Positions 48,694 to 59,106 are shown, numbered from the stretch's first letter. The stretch is 64,000 nt of DNA from Candidatus Altimarinota bacterium (GCA_965250085.1 OZ252287.1:928001-992000); one strand, 5' to 3'. Made by a program: numbers and translations. Notes: generated from the sequence alone by a model not told the origin.

Positions 48694-50094
48694 ATGGAGT
48701 TTGTTCTTTACAACACTCTTTCACGCGCAAAAGAAAAATTTGTTCCACTTCACAAAGACCGAGTGGATTTTTACTCTTGTGGCCCTACAGTGTACAACCG
48801 AGTGCATATAGGGAATTTGCGTGCATTTTTAATGGCAGACACGCTTTATAGGTGGCTTCGACATGGTATGAAATATAATGTCAGATGGGTCATGAACATC
48901 ACAGATGTAGATGATAAGACTATTCGTGACTCGAAAGCGAAATATCCAGAAATAGAACCAAAAGCAGCGCTCAAAAAACTCACGACTTCTTACGAGGAAG
49001 AGTTTCTTCAGGATCTTGAGGCTCTCAACATATCTCAGTCCTCGTTTTATGCTCTTCCAAGAGCGACAGAGCATATCACTGATATGCAAGACCTTATACG
49101 GAAAGTGTATAAAAATGGATATGCGTATGAAAAAGAGGGATCTCTCTATCTTTCCATTGAAAAATATGCCAAAAGTCATGTCTATGGACGGCTTAAAAAT
49201 ATTAGTCGTTCCGAACTAAAATCTGGCACACGCACACTTGCTGACGAAGGGAATAAGGATTGTATTGATGACTTTGCCCTCTGGAAGACACAAAAAAAAG
49301 GAGAGCCTTATTGGGATTTTGATCTCAATGGGGTCAATTATCCGGGTAGACCGGGGTGGCACATTGAGTGCAGTGCAATGGAGCACAGTACATTTGGGAG
49401 TCTCCCCTTTGACATTCATTCTGGAGGAGTGGACTTGTGCTTTCCTCACCATGAAGATGAAATCACACAATCAGTCGCCGGATACAAAGAAGAGCCAACC
49501 AAATATTGGTTTCACAATGAGCATCTCATGGTAGAGGGAAAAAAAATGTCAAAGTCACTTGGAAATTTTTATACCCTTGAAGATTTACTTCAAAAAGGGC
49601 ATTCAGCAGATGCCATTCGATTTTTTCTTATTACCAATCACTATCGAACGAAACTCAATCTTACTCAAGAAGCGCTCATAGCGACCGCGCAGTCACTACA
49701 GCGAATCCGAAATGCACTCTTGGATCTTCCACAAAACCCTTCAAAAAAGAGAGGATCATCTCACGCAGAAAAAAAACTCGAACAATCTTTCTGTGACGAC
49801 TTAAATACCCCTGCCGCTACAGCGGCTATTTTTACGGTACTAGGCGAAAAAAAATATTCCCATCAGGAAAAACGACAATTTTTTGAGTATGCAGAAAAAC
49901 TTTTTGGAGTACGATTCTTGGCAAAGAATCATATAGTTCCTTCAGAAATAAAGCTTCTCGCAGAACAGAGACAACAAGCCAAAAAAGAAAAAAACTTTGA
50001 AAAGGCTGACTTCCTGAGAAATGAAATAAGTGCCAAAGGATTTGAAATTAGAGATTCGGGAAACGATTTTACTCTCGTTCCCAAGCAACTATAA
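48694..50094 (+). CDS. cysS: Cysteine--tRNA ligase
   Basis: CGPTVY, HIGN, DFALWK, GRPGWHIECS, FPHHEDE, KMSKS. Confidence 0.97.
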   Translation: MEFVLYNTLSRAKEKFVPLHKDRVDFYSCGPTVYNRVHIGNLRAFLMADTLYRWLRHGMKYNVRWVMNITDVDDKTIRDSKAKYPEIEPKAALKKLTTSYEEEFLQDLEALNISQSSFYALPRATEHITDMQDLIRKVYKNGYAYEKEGSLYLSIEKYAKSHVYGRLKNISRSELKSGTRTLADEGNKDCIDDFALWKTQKKGEPYWDFDLNGVNYPGRPGWHIECSAMEHSTFGSLPFDIHSGGVDLCFPHHEDEITQSVAGYKEEPTKYWFHNEHLMVEGKKMSKSLGNFYTLEDLLQKGHSADAIRFFLITNHYRTKLNLTQEALIATAQSLQRIRNALLDLPQNPSKKRGSSHAEKKLEQSFCDDLNTPAATAAIFTVLGEKKYSHQEKRQFFEYAEKLFGVRFLAKNHIVPSEIKLLAEQRQQAKKEKNFEKADFLRNEISAKGFEIRDSGNDFTLVPKQL

Positions 50095-50507
50095 AAAAGC
50101 ACGAGACAGACTCCAATCTTTTCGCTTGCAAATATCGTCGTCAAAGGACAGAAAAATACAATCCTTCAAAAAATAAAGCATAGCGCTTCTCTTAAGGGCT
50201 GAGACAGGATATGGATTGATAAATGTCGACACCATAGACAACTGGTTCTTTTTTGTCGACAACAATACACTGTTTTACAAATAACAAAAAGCATTGAAAA
50301 GTATATTTTTATAGAAACAAACTGCTTTTTAGGCTCGTTAGACACGAGACACATTCACGTGAAACGCTCTTTTTAAATTTTAACACTAAATTGTAATATA
50401 AATTTTTATATATTCCCTTTTTAAAGCCAAAAAATGAAGACTTATATTGTTTCATTTTTTCTTAAAAAATACGTTTCACTTTGCTCAAAAAAGCCCCTCT
50501 GTTTTCA

Positions 50508-50536
50508 TTGACTCACTACTCTGGATTTTCTATCAT
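50508..50536 (+). promoter_or_regulatory. sigma70-type promoter of the S-layer gene
   Basis: TTGACT-17 bp-TATCAT. Confidence 0.72.
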
Positions 50537-50541
50537 ATGAG

Positions 50542-50839
50542 ACGGTGATAAATGAAGAGCTGTATACGCAGTGATTCAGGCGAGGAATCTTTCGATTTTG
50601 CCTTGCAGGTGGCCAAACGGTCACAAGAAGAGTTTGCCCTTTGACATCACAAGAGAGACAGATACACCTGTCTTGAAACGGAAGAAGCACTTGGAGAAGC
50701 TTGTAAGAACTGTGTGCAATACGGTTTCTTGTAGAAAAATATGTATTCCCTGAATTACAAATGCAAGTGGGGGTCCGCCTTAGGCGGATCAAGAAGGCCT
50801 GCTTGTAGGTATTATTTTTATTCTTTTATTTTTTTATTT
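50542..50839 (+). promoter_or_regulatory. ~300-nt structured 5' leader
   Basis: At least six hairpins whose G-U pairs favour the + strand, lying between the promoter and the signal-peptide start. Confidence 0.6.
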
Positions 50840-53800
50840 ATGAGTACACTCAAAAGATTATTTGCGGGTGTTGCTGGTATAGCCATCCTTATGGCTGCTT
50901 TGTCATTCTCTGTATTTGCATACGATGACACCGCAGGACACTGGGGAGAAGACTATATTAACGACCTTGCAGATCTTGGGATTGTAGATGGTTCAAAAAC
51001 CAACTATTTCCCAGATCAAAATCTAACACGAGCCGAACTCACCAAGATGGCTGTAGAAGCTTGTCTTGGAGGTATCGACTCAGATGTGCTTCCTGATACT
51101 CCAACATTTAGTGACCTTGATGGTCATTGGAGTGAGGATTATGTAGAAACTGCATACGCATATGACGTAGTAGGAGGTTATGACGATGGAGCATTCCTTC
51201 CAGAAAACCCTATTACTCGTGCAGAAACAGTAAAAATCCTTTCAGAAGCATGTCAAACACCAACTGACCTTGACCCCAGTTCACCATTTGGTGATGTCGG
51301 AGCAGGAGATTGGTTTCACGACTATGTTGTCAGTGCAACCAATCACTGTATCGTACATGGTATGGGTGGAGCATCTGACGTGTTTGCCCCAAATAACCCT
51401 ATGACCCGAGCAGAAGTTGCTAAAGTAGTGTCCAACACTATGAGAGTAGCTGATGGCGAAGATATTTGTGGAGTAGTAGCACTTCCTGGAGATCAGGACG
51501 GTGATGGTGTAGCGGATGCTGACGATAACTGTCCAGACGATGCTAACGCTGATCAAGCAGATGCTGATAGTGATGGAACAGGAGATGCCTGTGAAGCCGG
51601 ACCTACCGCTTCTGATGGAACGGTAGAAGTTAGCCTGAATGCTGATAGTCCAGGAGAAACAACTATTCCTAAAGGAGGATTCAATATTCCTTTTATGTAT
51701 GTTGATATTACCGCTGGTCCGGGAGAAGACGTGGAATGTACTAATTTCATTGTTTCCCGATCAGGACTTGGTGATGAGGCTGATATTGACAAGGTAAAAA
51801 TCTTTGAAGGATTCACTCAGCGTGGATCTGATAGAGGATTTACTTCTGACGAAGAAATTGCCGCTCTCAATCTCAATGCTGATCCGGTTATGATTCCAGC
51901 GGGCAGTACTACCCGAATAGGAGTACTGGCAGATATTGATGCAGGTGCCATTGCACAAGGAGAGCACATGTTCTCTTTTGACCTTTCAAGCGACGTTCTC
52001 TGTTTTGGGGCTGATACTGGTGGACCAGTACCGGTTACGGGAGATTTCCCGATCATGAGTGAAACCATGGCTATTGGTTCTGTTGCCGTTGGAACTCTGG
52101 ACTTTGAGTTCAAAACCGTTGCCGATGACGAAATTGAAGTCGGGGACACTAGTTCTGAACTGTGCCGCGTACAAGTAGAAGCTGGAGCAGCAGAAGATGT
52201 TCTTCTGCGGGCAGTAACTCTTGAATTTGACGGACTCAATGACGGAGAACTGGTAAATCTATTCCTGAGCCATCAAGGAGAAGCTATCTCTGATGTAGTT
52301 GATTCAACTAGCAACGAGGAAGCAACCTTTGATTTGACAGGTCTTCCTGATGGAGGATTCTTCTTTGAAGATGGAGACAGCAGAGTGCTCCGATGCTTTG
52401 GAGATGTTGTCGGTGGTGTAGATGACACTTTGAACGTTGCATTTGATGACGTTCAGAATGATGTTGTTGCCACTGGTCTTCGATTTGGATTTGGAGTAAC
52501 CGTGACCGAATCAGGTCTTCTTGCTGGAGATCCTATTGATATCCTCGGAGGTGACATCACTTTTGCGATAGATTCTACTATCCGTGATGTGGCGACCGAT
52601 ACTGACCAGGTCAGTTTTGGAACTCTTACGATCAGTAACCTTGGTGAAGCGGTAGAATTCCAGGATGGAATGACGCTTTTCCTTGATACTCTTGGTATAG
52701 TTGGAGGTGATGCTGTTGCAGCGGCTTCCTTTACTGATATCAAGTTGACAGACGTTGAGTCAGGAGCCACTATTTTGGGTCCAGATGATCTTGTTGATGG
52801 TGGTGGTGCCAATGATGTTTCTGTTATATTCAGCGATGAATTTGTAATGGAAACAAACGAAACCCTCGTTCTTGATATCATTGGTGATATTGAAGACGCT
52901 GGCTTTGGACTCCTTGAAGGAGACGAATTCTTCTTCACACTCGATATGGATACTGTCATGGTAGAAGGAATTGAATCTGGTGATAATTCTGGTGGAGGTG
53001 GTGGTGCATTCGGACCACATGAGATTACTCCTATTGGAGATCCAACCACTCAGACATACACTATTGAAGATCCAACTCTTACCGTCAGTATTCAGTCTGA
53101 ATCTGATGATATCTATGTTGCGAAAGCGGATGATAAACTTCTATGGAACGGTACTGTCCGCGCTAATAGCGTAGAAGACCTGATTATACGGAGTATTAGC
53201 TTTGACAACACTGGAACATCAGTTGACGCAGATGTGGATCAATTCTCTCTCTATACCGTAGATGGTGCTACGAGCACTCTTCAGGAAACTGGTGAAGACC
53301 TCTCCGGAGGAACTCTCACGTTCTCTGAACTCGATTCAGATGGTTCTGCTGGTATCCTTGTTGGTGCCGGAGAAGAACTCGGACTTGAGATCCACGGTGA
53401 CATTGCTTCTACCCTCAGTGGTCTAGGAGTTACTGTCATCCTTGAAGTAGGTGCAGCTATCGATGCTGAGGTTGAAGATGATGAGGGAGATGAAGCAGCA
53501 GTAGACGGTACCTTTACCGTTACTGGTGCGACCTATACTCTCATCGATTCTGGTGTGCTTGACGTAAGCATTAAGGCAAACGAAACACCAGATTCTATGG
53601 CCTTCTCAGCTGAGGGTTCTGACACCTGGTATGATGTTGGTGTCTTTGAATTTGAAGCAGATGACGAAGATGTCAAAGTTGCTGAAATGACCGTTGATAT
53701 TGTAGGCGTTTCATTTGACATTGGAGGCAGTGGTGGCGATGACAGTTATGACTGTGATGGTGTACCAACTTCTCCTCCGGATGACATCACCTGTTATCCA

Positions 53801-54712
53801 GATGCAATTGATGCATTGGCTCTCTTTTATGACGACGGAACACCAGTTCTGAAGGACGGAGGAGCTGCTGCTGAAACCAGCGACGTTGCTGATGGAACTG
53901 CCCTCTTTGAAGACCTGGACTTTCTTGTCGCAGCTGATCAAGACATGCTTATGTTTGTGAGAGCGCGACTCAACGAAGTATCTGATAGTCAACCAGGACG
54001 AAGTGGTATGACATTTGCTGTCAATCTCTCATTTGACGACACAACAGATGAAAGCCAGATACAGGGTGAAGAATCCGGTTCTGAGCTTACTGTTGGTGGT
54101 GGAGAACTCACTGTAGATGGCGCTGGCTTTGATACTCTTGCCGGAGACACTATGTTTGTCTTCCGCCAACGTGTTACCGCAGAACTTTCTGGTAGTCAGA
54201 CGACTACTCTTTCTGCAGGGACACGAGAAGGTCTGAAGTTTGACGTCATCGCTACTGGTGGCGAAGAAGCATACCTCAAAGAAATAGATGTCAATGTTGC
54301 GACATCAGGTGCTGATTTGGGAGTATGTGAACTGTACCTGAAAGATGGATCTGACATCCTTGCTGATGTCGACACAGGAGCCGCTCTTGTTGGAGATATC
54401 CTCCTGACAGTTGGTACTTGTGCCAACGGTCCTTGTGCTCCATCTGAGCCAACCCGTCATGTAGTTGATACCGGTGGAGACACCTTTACACTTGAGGCAG
54501 TTATCGAAAATGCAGCTTGTGCTGGAGTACCTGTCTTTGGTGATAATGACGACCTTACTTTCGAGCTTGATGTCAACGGAACCCTTCCAGGATTCGATGA
54601 TATCCTCTGGGAAGATTATGGTACTGACGGTACTGACGGAGCTTTGGTCCGATGGATTGACCTTGGTGAAGACGATGAGTCTACCACTAAGGTAACCAAT
54701 ACTCTTGAGTAA
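50840..54712 (+). CDS. S-layer protein (three SLH domains, TSP3-like Ca-binding repeat, acidic beta-rich body)
   Basis: Signal peptide MSTLKRLFAG...VFA; SLH motifs LTRAE, ITRAE, MTRAE; DQDGDGVADADDNCPDDANADQADADSDGTGDAC. Start set at 50840. Confidence 0.9.
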   Translation: MSTLKRLFAGVAGIAILMAALSFSVFAYDDTAGHWGEDYINDLADLGIVDGSKTNYFPDQNLTRAELTKMAVEACLGGIDSDVLPDTPTFSDLDGHWSEDYVETAYAYDVVGGYDDGAFLPENPITRAETVKILSEACQTPTDLDPSSPFGDVGAGDWFHDYVVSATNHCIVHGMGGASDVFAPNNPMTRAEVAKVVSNTMRVADGEDICGVVALPGDQDGDGVADADDNCPDDANADQADADSDGTGDACEAGPTASDGTVEVSLNADSPGETTIPKGGFNIPFMYVDITAGPGEDVECTNFIVSRSGLGDEADIDKVKIFEGFTQRGSDRGFTSDEEIAALNLNADPVMIPAGSTTRIGVLADIDAGAIAQGEHMFSFDLSSDVLCFGADTGGPVPVTGDFPIMSETMAIGSVAVGTLDFEFKTVADDEIEVGDTSSELCRVQVEAGAAEDVLLRAVTLEFDGLNDGELVNLFLSHQGEAISDVVDSTSNEEATFDLTGLPDGGFFFEDGDSRVLRCFGDVVGGVDDTLNVAFDDVQNDVVATGLRFGFGVTVTESGLLAGDPIDILGGDITFAIDSTIRDVATDTDQVSFGTLTISNLGEAVEFQDGMTLFLDTLGIVGGDAVAAASFTDIKLTDVESGATILGPDDLVDGGGANDVSVIFSDEFVMETNETLVLDIIGDIEDAGFGLLEGDEFFFTLDMDTVMVEGIESGDNSGGGGGAFGPHEITPIGDPTTQTYTIEDPTLTVSIQSESDDIYVAKADDKLLWNGTVRANSVEDLIIRSISFDNTGTSVDADVDQFSLYTVDGATSTLQETGEDLSGGTLTFSELDSDGSAGILVGAGEELGLEIHGDIASTLSGLGVTVILEVGAAIDAEVEDDEGDEAAVDGTFTVTGATYTLIDSGVLDVSIKANETPDSMAFSAEGSDTWYDVGVFEFEADDEDVKVAEMTVDIVGVSFDIGGSGGDDSYDCDGVPTSPPDDITCYPDAIDALALFYDDGTPVLKDGGAAAETSDVADGTALFEDLDFLVAADQDMLMFVRARLNEVSDSQPGRSGMTFAVNLSFDDTTDESQIQGEESGSELTVGGGELTVDGAGFDTLAGDTMFVFRQRVTAELSGSQTTTLSAGTREGLKFDVIATGGEEAYLKEIDVNVATSGADLGVCELYLKDGSDILADVDTGAALVGDILLTVGTCANGPCAPSEPTRHVVDTGGDTFTLEAVIENAACAGVPVFGDNDDLTFELDVNGTLPGFDDILWEDYGTDGTDGALVRWIDLGEDDESTTKVTNTLE

Positions 54713-54730
54713 AATAACTCTATGAGTAGT

Positions 54731-54867
54731 ACTGAGAATGAGTCCTTCCCTTTTGGAAGACTCTTCTCAGTTTAGGACCTTCATCTTTCTCGTTGATCTT
54801 CCTTCAGATCATTTAAGATACCAAAAACTAGAGACCCCTTGATCATCCCTGATCAGGGGGTTTTTTG
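54731..54867 (+). terminator. 3' hairpins and intrinsic terminator of the S-layer gene
   Basis: ACTGAGAA...TTCTCAGT long stem (54731-54771); ACCCCTTGATCA-TCCC-TGATCAGGGGG followed by a T run (54834-54867). Confidence 0.8.
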
Positions 54868-54879
54868 GGGTAAGGGGTG

Positions 54880-55261
54880 AATTACGAATGTACAAATTAT
54901 CCACCTTCGTCCCGCATTGCGGGACTGCCTGCCTGTCGGCAGATACGGTGGCGGACAGGCGAATTACGAATGAGAAAAGGAATCATCAAGACCTTCTTCC
55001 CTTAACAAGGGGAGATAAGAGAGGGTTTTCTTTGCTGGCTTTCTGCCCGTCGGAGTCCTTTTCAAGAGATTCCAGCGGGAAGGAATTGAGAGAGCTTTAA
55101 ACCCACCTAACCTCCCTCCCTTTGGGCAATGGAGGGACAAAACGACACTGGTGACAAGTACTTAATTGCAATCAACTTAAAGTTTTTTTCATTCAACATT
55201 TAGAATTCATCATTTCTTCCTCCAGCTTGAAATTCGTAATTTGTCATTCGTAATTCGTAAT
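54880..55261. repeat. Stack of heptamer and REP-like repeats
   Basis: AATTACG tracts, a TCCACC...GGCGGACAGGC element containing GCCTGCCTGTCGGCAG, and CCCTT...AAGGGG-type elements near 54991 and 55100. Confidence 0.7.
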
Positions 55262-55293
55262 TTTTTTGTTCTGCTGAACTCTTTACTGTTTGT

Positions 55294-56589
55294 CTATGGA
55301 AGCATCTTCCCATCTCTCATTTTCTCCTCCCCTCCCACAAACACCCGCTCCACCTTTCCCTGCAGCTCCATGCCTTCAAAGACACTATTGCCGCCTTTTG
55401 TTTCCATGTCATCAACCCGCACCGTCCATTGTTTCTGCAGATCAAAGATAGCAATATCGGCATCAGCACCGAGAGAAAGTGTTCCTTTGGGAATATCAAT
55501 CACTTTCGCGGGAAATGTAGTCATTTTTGCAATCACATCTTTGAGTTCTAAGAGCCCTTTTTGCACCAAAGAGGTATATCCCAGCGCAAAACTGGTTTCG
55601 AGTCCCACAGAGCCCCAAGCGGCCTCCTGAAAAGTAATCTCCTTTTCTTCCTTTGTATGAGGAGCGTGATCAGTACTGATAATGGAGAGGGTTCCATCCT
55701 GCAAGCCTTCAATCACTGCCTGACGGTGACTTTCAGACCTGATGGGCGGATACATCTTGCCGTAGGTGTTCATTCCATCGCATATCTCATCCGTCAGGCA
55801 GAAATACTGCGGACAGGTTTCTGCTGTGACCTGAACTCCTCGTTGTAATGCTTCCCGAACATATTGAATTGCTTGTTTTGTGGAAACATGGAGAAGGTGA
55901 AGCTTTACTCCTGCTTCTTCGGCAACTGCAATATTTTGTCGCACCGCTTCATCTTCTGCTTCTGCCGGCACTCCTTTCAGGTTCAATTTTTGTGAAATGT
56001 TTCCTTGGTGCACCACTCCGCCATCGGAAAGATCTTTTGCTTCCGAATGAGGCATGACCACCAGATCGAGTTCCTTTGCTTTTATCATCGCTTTTCTCAG
56101 GAGATCTTTGTTCTGCACATCGCTCCCATCATCGGTGATACCCACTATTCCGGACTGTTTCATATTCTCCATGTCTGCCAGTTCTTCACCGTTTTGCCCC
56201 TTAGTGATGGCTCCAGCCACAAACAGATTTCCCAAATGGAGATCCTTTGCTTTTTTGAGTTGGTATTCCACTGTTTTGCCTGCATCAGTCACCGGATCGG
56301 TATTAGGCATGGTAACCACTGAAGTCACTCCTCCAGCAAGAGCAGATTTGAGACCCGTTTCAATCGTTTCTTTTTCTGGAAATCCCGGATCACGAAAGTG
56401 TACCTGCAGATCAATAAGCCCTGGCACCACGAGTTTTTCACTTACATCAATGCATTCACACTCTGATGAAACATCTTGTTTCACTCCCACGTGGATAATC
56501 TTGCCATCTTTGACAATGACATCACCCACCATGTCGATATTGTTGGCAGGATCAATGATATGGCCATTGGTGAGAACGAAGTCATGCAT
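55294..56589 (-). CDS. pyrC: Dihydroorotase
   Basis: PGLIDLQVHFRDPG, GGVTSVVTMPNT, HLLHVS, KMYPPIR, STDHAPH, GADADI. Confidence 0.94.
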   Translation of the reverse strand: MHDFVLTNGHIIDPANNIDMVGDVIVKDGKIIHVGVKQDVSSECECIDVSEKLVVPGLIDLQVHFRDPGFPEKETIETGLKSALAGGVTSVVTMPNTDPVTDAGKTVEYQLKKAKDLHLGNLFVAGAITKGQNGEELADMENMKQSGIVGITDDGSDVQNKDLLRKAMIKAKELDLVVMPHSEAKDLSDGGVVHQGNISQKLNLKGVPAEAEDEAVRQNIAVAEEAGVKLHLLHVSTKQAIQYVREALQRGVQVTAETCPQYFCLTDEICDGMNTYGKMYPPIRSESHRQAVIEGLQDGTLSIISTDHAPHTKEEKEITFQEAAWGSVGLETSFALGYTSLVQKGLLELKDVIAKMTTFPAKVIDIPKGTLSLGADADIAIFDLQKQWTVRVDDMETKGGNSVFEGMELQGKVERVFVGGEEKMRDGKMLP

Positions 56590-56745
56590 GTACAATTTTT
56601 AATTTTGTAATTTTTGTATCCTTCTGAAAGATTCTTCGGCTTATGTTTCACCGTATTGCTGTACACTCAGATATATCATGAAGTAATTGAAGCCTCAGAA
56701 TGACGGAGAATTAAAAATGAAGCATTAAAAATTTCAAAAATCTTT

Positions 56746-57720
56746 TTAAGATTTTTGCTTCCCATCTTTTCTATCACAGGCAAGCCAGAGAAGCGCCTTT
56801 CGGACAGCAAGCCCATTTTCTACTTGCCTGAGGACTCGATTTCTCTCATGATCCATCAGTCCATCGGCAATATCCCGATTTCGAACAACAGGACCAGCAT
56901 GCATCAAAATTGCTGTATCTTTTGCTTTGGCAAACCGATCAGCAGTCATGCAATATTTCTGAGCGTACTCTTTCATACTGCCAAAATCAGCAGACTTTCC
57001 TCGTTCGGTTTGTACTCGAAGCGCATACACAGCATCACTACCTAGTAAGGCATCTTCAACAGTTTCAAAGTGTTTCACTGGCAATGAATCGATGCTTTCT
57101 GGAAGAAAGATCTCAGGACAACTCACTCTGATCTCAGCGCCCAAGCGAGGCAATATTTTTACCAAAGAGCCAAATACTCGTGAATGACTCACATCTCCTA
57201 CAATGGTCACAGTTCTTCCTTCCAGACCTCCAAATTCATCCAGCATTGTACGCGTATCTAGGAGAGCTTGTGATGGATGCTCATTGCCCCCATCTCCCGC
57301 ATTCAAAATTGCTGGGGAGACTTCTTTACAAAGTGGCTTCAATACTCCTGATTCTGCGATTCGGATGACCAGTGCGCTTGGTTGCAAGGCGGCAAGTGTT
57401 TGAGCTGTATCAAGCAGGCTTTCTCCTTTTTTCACAGAGGATCCCACCGCTGAAATGTTGGTTACATCGGCACCCAAATGTTTCCCTGCCAGTTCAAAGC
57501 TGGCTCTGGTACGAGTTGAATTTTCATAAAACAGATTTATTACTGTTTTTCCGCTCAGCAGTGGAATTTTTGCAGAGCCACTTTTCCGAAAGATGTTTGC
57601 CAGCTCAAAAATTAAGGCAATGTCATCATCAGCCAGGTCATCAATTGATACAATATCAAAAACAGAAAGATCACGACCTGCGCGAGCTTTTTCCAATGTT
57701 TCTTTCCAGTTTGTAGACAT
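56746..57720 (-). CDS. pyrB: Aspartate carbamoyltransferase catalytic subunit
   Basis: FYENSTRT, KGESLLDT, NAGDG.NEHPSQ, GDVSHSRV, LRVQTER, MHAGP. Start set at MSTNWK. Confidence 0.95.
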   Translation of the reverse strand: MSTNWKETLEKARAGRDLSVFDIVSIDDLADDDIALIFELANIFRKSGSAKIPLLSGKTVINLFYENSTRTRASFELAGKHLGADVTNISAVGSSVKKGESLLDTAQTLAALQPSALVIRIAESGVLKPLCKEVSPAILNAGDGGNEHPSQALLDTRTMLDEFGGLEGRTVTIVGDVSHSRVFGSLVKILPRLGAEIRVSCPEIFLPESIDSLPVKHFETVEDALLGSDAVYALRVQTERGKSADFGSMKEYAQKYCMTADRFAKAKDTAILMHAGPVVRNRDIADGLMDHERNRVLRQVENGLAVRKALLWLACDRKDGKQKS

Positions 57721-57895
57721 GGTGCAAAGAGGTTTTTTGCTACACAAATGGTAGCGCAAAGGGGGGGATTTGGGGAAGAGGAAATGAAGGATCTTCTTTT
57801 TGAAGCCAAAAAGAAGCAATCCGCCACAGGCGGACTCCTGTGGAAAAACAGAAAAAAAATAAATAAAATCCAATCCAATTAAATTCAATTTTCTT

Positions 57896-58951
57896 CTATG
57901 CTATGTATTCAAAAATTTCTGCGAAGGTAATTTTTCCATTCAAGAACTTTTGCACCGCTTCTGTATTTTTCTGACACAGTTCTGCACATGCTTGTTCTCC
58001 TCTTTTCAGCGCTTTCCGAGCTAACTGGAGAGATGGGAATCGTCCTTCATCTGGCAAAAACAAGTGTCCAATTTGGTCTAGAGAATCCATTTTGTGCAGA
58101 TATCCAGATGATTTTTTTCCTTCAAAAAGAGCATATTTTGCAAATATTTTCATGTCAGGAGGCGCACGGTGTGCCCAAAGACTCCCATTCTCAAATTCAA
58201 CTGCTGCATGCAGCCTTCCCTCTGGATGAATCACCACTTCTATTTTTTCTTGCGATATTCCAAAAAGCCTTACGAGTGAGATAATTTCAAATGCTTTGTT
58301 CATAAGTGTTGCCGAATCTATGCTGATTTTTGGCCCCATATTCCATACGGGGTGTTGAAGAGCTTGATGAGGTTCAACAGTTTTTAGTTTTGTATCTGGC
58401 CACTGTTTCGCATCAACAAATGGTCCTCCGGAACAAGGAAGATATACTTTTTTTATTTTTTTCCGAGGATTTTTTTGGAGAATCTCCCACAAGGCCGTTT
58501 GCTCTGAATCCAAAGGATAGACAGGAATATTATTTTTTTGAGAGAGTCGCATCAATTTCTCTCCTGCCATCACTAAAGACTCCTTATTCGCCAATATGAG
58601 CTTCTTTTTTTTCTTGAGGACCAACAAACTGGAGTCTACACCAGTAATATCGGCAAGAGCATTAACCACAATATGAGACGTGTGCACATCAATGATTTCT
58701 TCATATCCATTTTTACCGCTCACAACTTTTGTATGAGGATATTTTTGGGAAATCATTTTTGCAATTTCCACATTGAAGACATGAGCACATTCAGGAGAAA
58801 ATTCAGAGATGATATTTTCTAGTTTCTTTGGATCTGACCCATATGCAGAGAGTGCTCGAAGTTTCAAATTGCTTGGAAATTCTCGGAGTACCTTCAAAAC
58901 AGAGCTCCCGATAGACCCAGTAGCACCCAAAAGAGTAATGGAAGTAGGCAT
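57896..58951 (-). CDS. dxr: 1-deoxy-D-xylulose-5-phosphate reductoisomerase (divergent)
   Basis: LGATGSIG, LANKESLV, DSEQ, SGGPF, HPVWNMGPKISIDSATLMNK, PDM. Confidence 0.9.
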   Translation of the reverse strand: MPTSITLLGATGSIGSSVLKVLREFPSNLKLRALSAYGSDPKKLENIISEFSPECAHVFNVEIAKMISQKYPHTKVVSGKNGYEEIIDVHTSHIVVNALADITGVDSSLLVLKKKKKLILANKESLVMAGEKLMRLSQKNNIPVYPLDSEQTALWEILQKNPRKKIKKVYLPCSGGPFVDAKQWPDTKLKTVEPHQALQHPVWNMGPKISIDSATLMNKAFEIISLVRLFGISQEKIEVVIHPEGRLHAAVEFENGSLWAHRAPPDMKIFAKYALFEGKKSSGYLHKMDSLDQIGHLFLPDEGRFPSLQLARKALKRGEQACAELCQKNTEAVQKFLNGKITFAEIFEYIA

Positions 58952-59078
58952 TTATATGAAAAAGCGCATCTCGTATAATGTACAGTCCTCAATTGCGAAT
59001 GACAAATGAGACAATTTTGCAGTTTTGCAGAGAGCTTTTCATTTGTATTGGGAGATGATACAATACAAAGAAGGGTGT

Positions 59079-59106
59079 TTGACAAAGATGCCCTTGAGAA
59101 TATAAT
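59079..59106 (+). promoter_or_regulatory. Consensus sigma70 promoter
   Basis: TTGACA-16 bp-TATAAT, preceded by the inverted repeat TTTGTATTG/CAATACAAA (59042-59069). Confidence 0.75.

Noticed and set aside
50741-50839. N-terminal 33 aa of the 1323-aa ORF
   Set aside because: It lies in the structured leader; the signal peptide begins at ATG 50840.
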